A program made the translations under genes and the position numbers. The notes under the pieces were generated by a model. That model had not been told where the DNA came from, made no database searches, and worked only from the letters and a program-made list of their open reading frames with translations. Shown here in pieces: positions 59,288 to 64,000 of a stretch of DNA of 64,000 nt. Every line of letters starts with the position of its first letter. Positions within the stretch are counted from its first letter, which is position 1. Location: contig CM000433.1 in NCBI GenBank assembly GCA_000165345.1, positions 128,001 through 192,000 of the forward strand, given 5' to 3'.

Positions 59288-61692
59288 CTAAAGTTTTAGT
59301 TGGAAATTAGGAATAATGGATAATTTTTTCTTCTGAAGTTGAACTTCAGAGTAGTAATTTTTCAACTTACTAATTTCTATGCCATAAGCAAATATTCTCT
59401 CATTAATGCTAGGGCTAAACTCAAGAATTACTCCAACATCATCAAGTTGAGTTTGAAAGGATACTATTGGAACCATATCTCGGCCAATCCCTGCCCCTGC
59501 TAAAACGAAAGATCTTCCTAATCTTCCTGCTCCAGCTCTAGTAACAATTGTTGGGTCATCTTTCCCAGGAAATGTTGAACTTAATAATAGTTGCCACCCA
59601 TTTCCCCAATTACCTAAAAAATCAGTTGTTCTTGTCGAAAAATTTCTTACAACCGTAAATTGATATCCTCTTAATCCAAATGCAAAACCATATGATTTAT
59701 TTTTAACATTAGTTGCAACATCAACAAATAAAGTTTTGAAGGATGCAATTGCCTGAATAATTATTAGAATTTTGATAGCAAACAATAAACCATTAAACTT
59801 ACCTCTGTTGAAAATTGCTGTCCCACAATTACCTCTTTTTGTGAGAAACTATGTCTCAAAGATAGGCCTATTTCTCTAACAGAAATATGTTGTGCATATT
59901 CTCTTAAACCAAAAGAAACCAATGTTGATGAAATAAAGTATCTAGCTTGTAAATCAACTCCCCATGCATTAATTGTTGAAGATCTATCAACTCTTACTCC
60001 GTATAAACCTTGGGTATATCCAAAAGTTAAAAATCTGCCAAGTTGGGCTAACCTTTTTCCTGATAAATACGATAAAATTGCCCTATCGTAGGAAAACCCC
60101 AGAGTAGCAGCTTCTTCAACGTAAGATTCTCCTAAAAAAGCAAAAGCAAAATTGGTTCCAACTCTCACAAAGTTACCATTATTTCCGACAAGTGGTGCAT
60201 ATCTTATCAACCAATCTCTCCATAAAATGTTTTGGAAAACTGAATGTATCATTGGTTCGCTAGGCAATCTTCTACTATACAAGTTTGAATCAGATTTTGA
60301 CACAAATTGGTCATTTTCTCCATTACCAAGACTTTCAGGAAAATTTTTTTGTAAGTTTTGGTTATTCAAACTTTCAGCATTTTCCTTATTGAATAACAAA
60401 TATGATTTATTACCTGATCCTCCACTGATACTTTCTCTTCCAATTTTCGGAGTGTTCAAAATTGATTTACCAGTGATTTCAGAACGCAAACCAACAGTAT
60501 TAGGTTGAATGTTAATAACCTCAGTTTGATCTAGTCTTGAATTAGGATCAAAACTCCATTGCCCCTCCATAAGCATTCTTCTTGTTGGTGTATTAAAATA
60601 ATCACTCCATTTCCTCTCTGACCACTCTTTATGGTTTGTTTTGATCTCTTCCCTTTCAACTTTATTGTTAAATTCCCTGTTAAAGTCCGTCCATCTCTTT
60701 TTTGGTTCTGAATTAATATATAAATTTTTATTTGTATTGGAGTCATCTAATTTAGGAGGCAAACATCCTTGAGATTCTAATGTTTGCTTTTGTCTGTATA
60801 ACTTAATTGCACATCTCATTGTTATGTTTTGATTGGAAATATTTGGAAGAAGGCTCCATTTCTCATCTGATAGTGAAAATATTAGAAGAGTTTCAATATT
60901 CACAAGTATACTTAACTTGACTCCTTGCACAGGACACCCGTTTTTTACTATGATATTGAAATAATCTATAATAGACATTCTTTCAAATTCATTTTCAATT
61001 GTTCTCATCCCGGTTTTTTCATTGGTATTAACTGATTGATTATCATTTTTCTGAGTTAAATTTGTTTTGTATTCACAATAGCTTGGCCAAAGATAAATTT
61101 TTCTAATATAATCTGTATTTTCTCCATTATCTTTCACATCCAATTTATTGAAAAAAATATGTTCATCTTCATCATTTGGGACATTTATATTATTTTTTAT
61201 TCCAGCTGTGAAGATTGATGATAGCAACATACCAAACATGGAAGAGTCTCTTAAATCATTATCTATTAAATATTTACCATCTCCGACTATTTTTCCTTGT
61301 AATTTTCCGGATTCAGACCTGTACAAAAGTCTTCCCCTTACGGATTTATACCATCTAGCATTTGAATAACATTGAGAATGAAAGTCATCAAATTCTTCAG
61401 AATCGTCACTTATTTTGGATATACAAACTGATATTATTGATAATGCTGAAGGAAGGTCAATTTCATCATTCAGATTATTCTTAGACCTTGAGTCCCAGTC
61501 AACTGTTCTTACATTTCTTACGTTTGAAATATTCTTGTTTGTGCTAATTCCATTTCTATTTTTAACTTGATCTTTCTCTTCTATCCACAATCTTTTATCA
61601 AATGGATCTATTTTATATACTCTATACCTATATTTATCTGTAATAAATTCATATACAAATTCGCAGTCTTTGTTTTTTGGAAAGTTTAACAT
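59288..61692 (-). CDS. Omp85-superfamily (Sam50-like) C-terminal beta-barrel protein with a 450-aa N-terminal extension. Two exons: join(59288..59752, 59803..61692), 50-nt intron. About 784 aa.
   Basis: Exon 1 ends ...GQQFSTE|GTAAGT. Acceptor ...TTATTCAG|GCAATTGCA. The C-terminal 330 aa show amphipathic alternation typical of beta-strands (FVRVGTNFAFAFLG, GVDLQARYFISSTLVSFGL, LAGAGIGRDMVPIVSF). They include an L6-like GLRGYQF motif (compare VRGF/IRGF/VRGY of BamA/Sam50/Toc75). The N-terminal region is not recognisable. Confidence 0.45.
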
Positions 61693-61768
61693 TAGTGAAT
61701 CAATTTTCTTGTTTCCTAATTGTTAATTAATAGAATTATACAATTTTTTTATAACAATTACTATTAAT

Positions 61769-62407
61769 TTATTTTTTGGAATTGTTATTTTTTCCCTCAA
61801 ACTTACCACTTATTTCGTAAAATGAATTCGAAATTACAGCCTTTCCGCTGCATGCAATATTTAAACCTTTAGAATAGAGTTGCCCATTATAATTTTGCTC
61901 AAAAAAATTGTCTAGAAAATCCTCGGTAATAACTGGAACCTCCCTACCATTAATTGATTTAATTTTTTCATTCAATATCTTAGAAACATTTTTAGTAATT
62001 GGTATACCCACAATTACACCATCTTCACTACACCATGCTGAAGGTGGTACTTCCTTTGGTATTCCGAGCTTTTTCAACCAATATTTGCTAAATTTATGTA
62101 GTTCATTTGTACTAGACCCTCTTGTACGATTTACAGTATTCTTTTCTTTGGTTTTAAATTTCTTCTCGAAATCATTTTTTTCATAAATTCTATTTGCTTG
62201 AATGTTTTCAGCGAATAAATTTAGTTCTCCCGAATTTGGTATATTTTTATTAAGTTCTTGAAAGTTTTTATAATTGAATAATGTACCAAAGTCTCTTGTT
62301 GGAGTAAAATTGTTGTTATTCGATAGACTTTTGCCAGATTTTATGGAAAAAATTATTAAATTAAAATACAAAATTAAATGTTTTTTACATTTCAAAAATA
62401 ATTTCAT
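61769..62407 (-). CDS. Small secreted hypothetical protein (212 aa, N-terminal signal peptide).
   Basis: ATG ORF. MKLFLKCKKHLILYFNLIIFSIKSGKS signal. No recognisable domain. Confidence 0.4.
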   Translation of the reverse strand: MKLFLKCKKHLILYFNLIIFSIKSGKSLSNNNNFTPTRDFGTLFNYKNFQELNKNIPNSGELNLFAENIQANRIYEKNDFEKKFKTKEKNTVNRTRGSSTNELHKFSKYWLKKLGIPKEVPPSAWCSEDGVIVGIPITKNVSKILNEKIKSINGREVPVITEDFLDNFFEQNYNGQLYSKGLNIACSGKAVISNSFYEISGKFEGKNNNSKK

Positions 62408-62763
62408 CCATTTGAATTACATTTGATTTATTTTTTTTACAATTACAATGACTGTAAAAACATTGAAATTGAAAAACTTTGAAATTCCAGCTTGATTATA
62501 ATTTCTAATTGAACTATTTATGCAAAATAAATCTACAAGTTTTCATTATATTTTATTTTTATAACTTAAATTTGCATGCTCGCATTTATGACAAGTATAA
62601 ATTAATATAATAATATATAAATCTACTCTATCGTTTTAGTACCTAAATAACATTTATTTTTTTTTTTAAATATTAAAAAGTTGATATTACTAATCTTTAA
62701 AGTAATTTTTCTTCTTCTCTTTCTTCATTCTTGTTTCCAATTCATTTATATTCTAAAGAATTG

Positions 62764-64000
62764 TTATTTGATATATTTTTTCCTATAGTTGCAAAAACTT
62801 ACCGTCCACGGAATGTGCACCCCTAAAAATACCCAAGTTGATAATATTCCTCCAACTAGTGGAAATATTTTTGGATAGATAAAAAAATGAGCCTAGACAA
62901 ATAATAAAAATGCGATTTCAATGAATTAATAACTAACCTCATCTTGTGGTAATTCAATGAAAATTCGGAATCTTTTTGAACCAACAATAAATGATCGAAC
63001 ATCATTGGGATCAGCTGTAGAAAAATGAATAGGGAATCCAGTAAATGTTGACATAGGAAATGTTGGGAAATTAATGGCTTGCCAATCGTAATAAAGCTGT
63101 TCCATTCTGTAATACCAGTTCCATTTTGAAATCTGGTCATTAATGTACTTTAAGGGTCTATTCAATTTCCTCCAAGGGGGAGGTTCAATATCTTCATCCT
63201 CATCAATATCTTGTGATTCAGAATTAGCTTGAGTATTATTTTTTGATTTTTCGTCCTCTCTTGTGGTAGTTTTACTTTCTGATTCTTGCTCCGGAATATT
63301 TTCTTTTTGAGAATCTTTATTTGCCTTATCCTTTTCCTTTTCTGGTTTTTTCCAATTAGAGATTTTTGCCTTCATCCCAATTTTAGATAAATTTACCCCT
63401 TCGTCCGGCAATTCTGGTTCAATTTCTAAATTATCTGCCATTTCATCATCGACTAGAGCATTCCAATACTTCATGTCATTTTCTATCTTTTCTAAATCTT
63501 TTTCGTTTTCTAATAATTTTTTTTCCTCAAGGTCAATTATTTCATTCTCCATATTTTGTTTAATGTCAGTTTCCAAATTATTTTTCTTTGAAGGAATTTC
63601 TCCTAAGAAAAATGATGAGCTATTATTTTCATTACTTTTCGATTTTGAAATTATATTTGCACCCGAATGAATATTTGGGGGAATATTCGAAACATTGAAT
63701 TTTTGGTCTCCTTTCAGAGATTTAGTTAAAGCTTGGGTCTTATTTTCATTAGTTTGAATTGTATCTGAGTTATCGAAAAACGAATGATAAGAACTCATTT
63801 TATTTGGGTTTGCTGACTTATTTACAGGATTTTTGACAAATTGTTGGGCATTATTTCCAAAGTTGTTCATATTAATGTTCTGATTATTTAAGTTATTTGT
63901 TGCAAGTTGTGAATTTTGATCATACTGTAATGAAGGGAACTCTGATTTAAAGTCCCTTCCTACTGCATTTTGATTGTTCGAATTATAAGAAGCATTTATT
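62764..64000 (-). CDS. Cactin-like spliceosome-associated protein, 5'-partial (continues beyond the window end). Exons join(62764..62892, 62938..>64000), 45-nt intron (GTTAGT...CTAG).
   Basis: The minus-strand frame is open from 64000 with no stop upstream of the ORF-track M at 63870. It is charged and coiled-coil rich (EKKLLENEKDLEKIEND). The C-terminal RPLKYINDQISKWNWYYRMEQLYYDWQAINFP...RFRIFIELPQDE | AHFFIYPKIFPLVGGILSTWVFLGVHIPWTVSFCNYRKKYIK* parallels the CactinC domain (RPKYFNRVHTGFEWNKYNQTHYDFDNPPPK...RFHAGPPYEDIAF...GFRCQFANGIFQLWFHFKRYRYRR). Confidence 0.45.

Noticed and set aside
62783-62802. Putative 20-nt intron (GTAAGTTTTTGCAACTATAG) in the last cactin exon.
   Set aside because: Too short for a spliceosomal intron. 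Reading through gives a plausible basic Tyr-rich C-terminal tail resembling cactin's.

Overview
This is a compact, AT-rich eukaryotic nuclear segment, not prokaryotic. Genes are spaced about one per 2.5 kb on both strands. Most are single-exon, with a minority interrupted by short GTAAGT...YAG introns of 33-150 nt; two exceptional introns are about 470 nt.

Gene content and promoter motifs point to an apicomplexan. The evidence is an alveolin with EKIVEVP repeats, a mucin-type ppGalNAc-T, a B3GLCT-type glucosyltransferase, recurrent GGCGCC (E2F-like) and TGCATGC promoter motifs, and poly-Asn insertions in conserved proteins. By inference it is most probably a Cryptosporidium-like draft assembly. 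Ambiguous N bases occur at 7142-7518.

I could support about 30 protein-coding genes and one tRNA-Thr(UGU). The recognisable products are CTU1/NCS6, V-ATPase subunit D, a B3GLCT-like tandem-GT31 ER glucosyltransferase, CPSF100-like, a MYND-finger protein, a DUF1279/FAM210 protein, an actin-related protein, cytosolic LeuRS, PLPBP/YggS, an ankyrin-bromodomain protein, an alveolin, membrane-anchored thioredoxin, RuvBL2, eIF3i, ppGalNAc-T, a 2xRRM hnRNP-like protein, YIF1, choline/ethanolamine kinase, RNA polymerase I RPA1, RbAp48/MSI1, malic enzyme, an Omp85/Sam50-like beta-barrel protein and a cactin-like protein that runs off the window end.

The six-frame ORF track was a help but has a systematic artefact. 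Many of its M starts are TTG/GTG codons. That pattern repeatedly marked where a short upstream exon had been missed (CTU1, V-ATPase D, eIF3i, alveolin, LeuRS, B3GLCT, MYND).

I found no CRISPR arrays, mobile elements or rRNA. I see no evidence of a novel multi-gene system in the prokaryotic sense. The most unusual items are:
- a 10-exon micro-intron gene for a secreted protein (55042-56984);
- an Omp85-like barrel protein with a long N-terminal extension;
- the double-domain B3GLCT with a KFDEL tail lying across the low-quality sequence;
- two outsized introns, one carrying a candidate box C/D snoRNA;
- recurring promoter palindromes.
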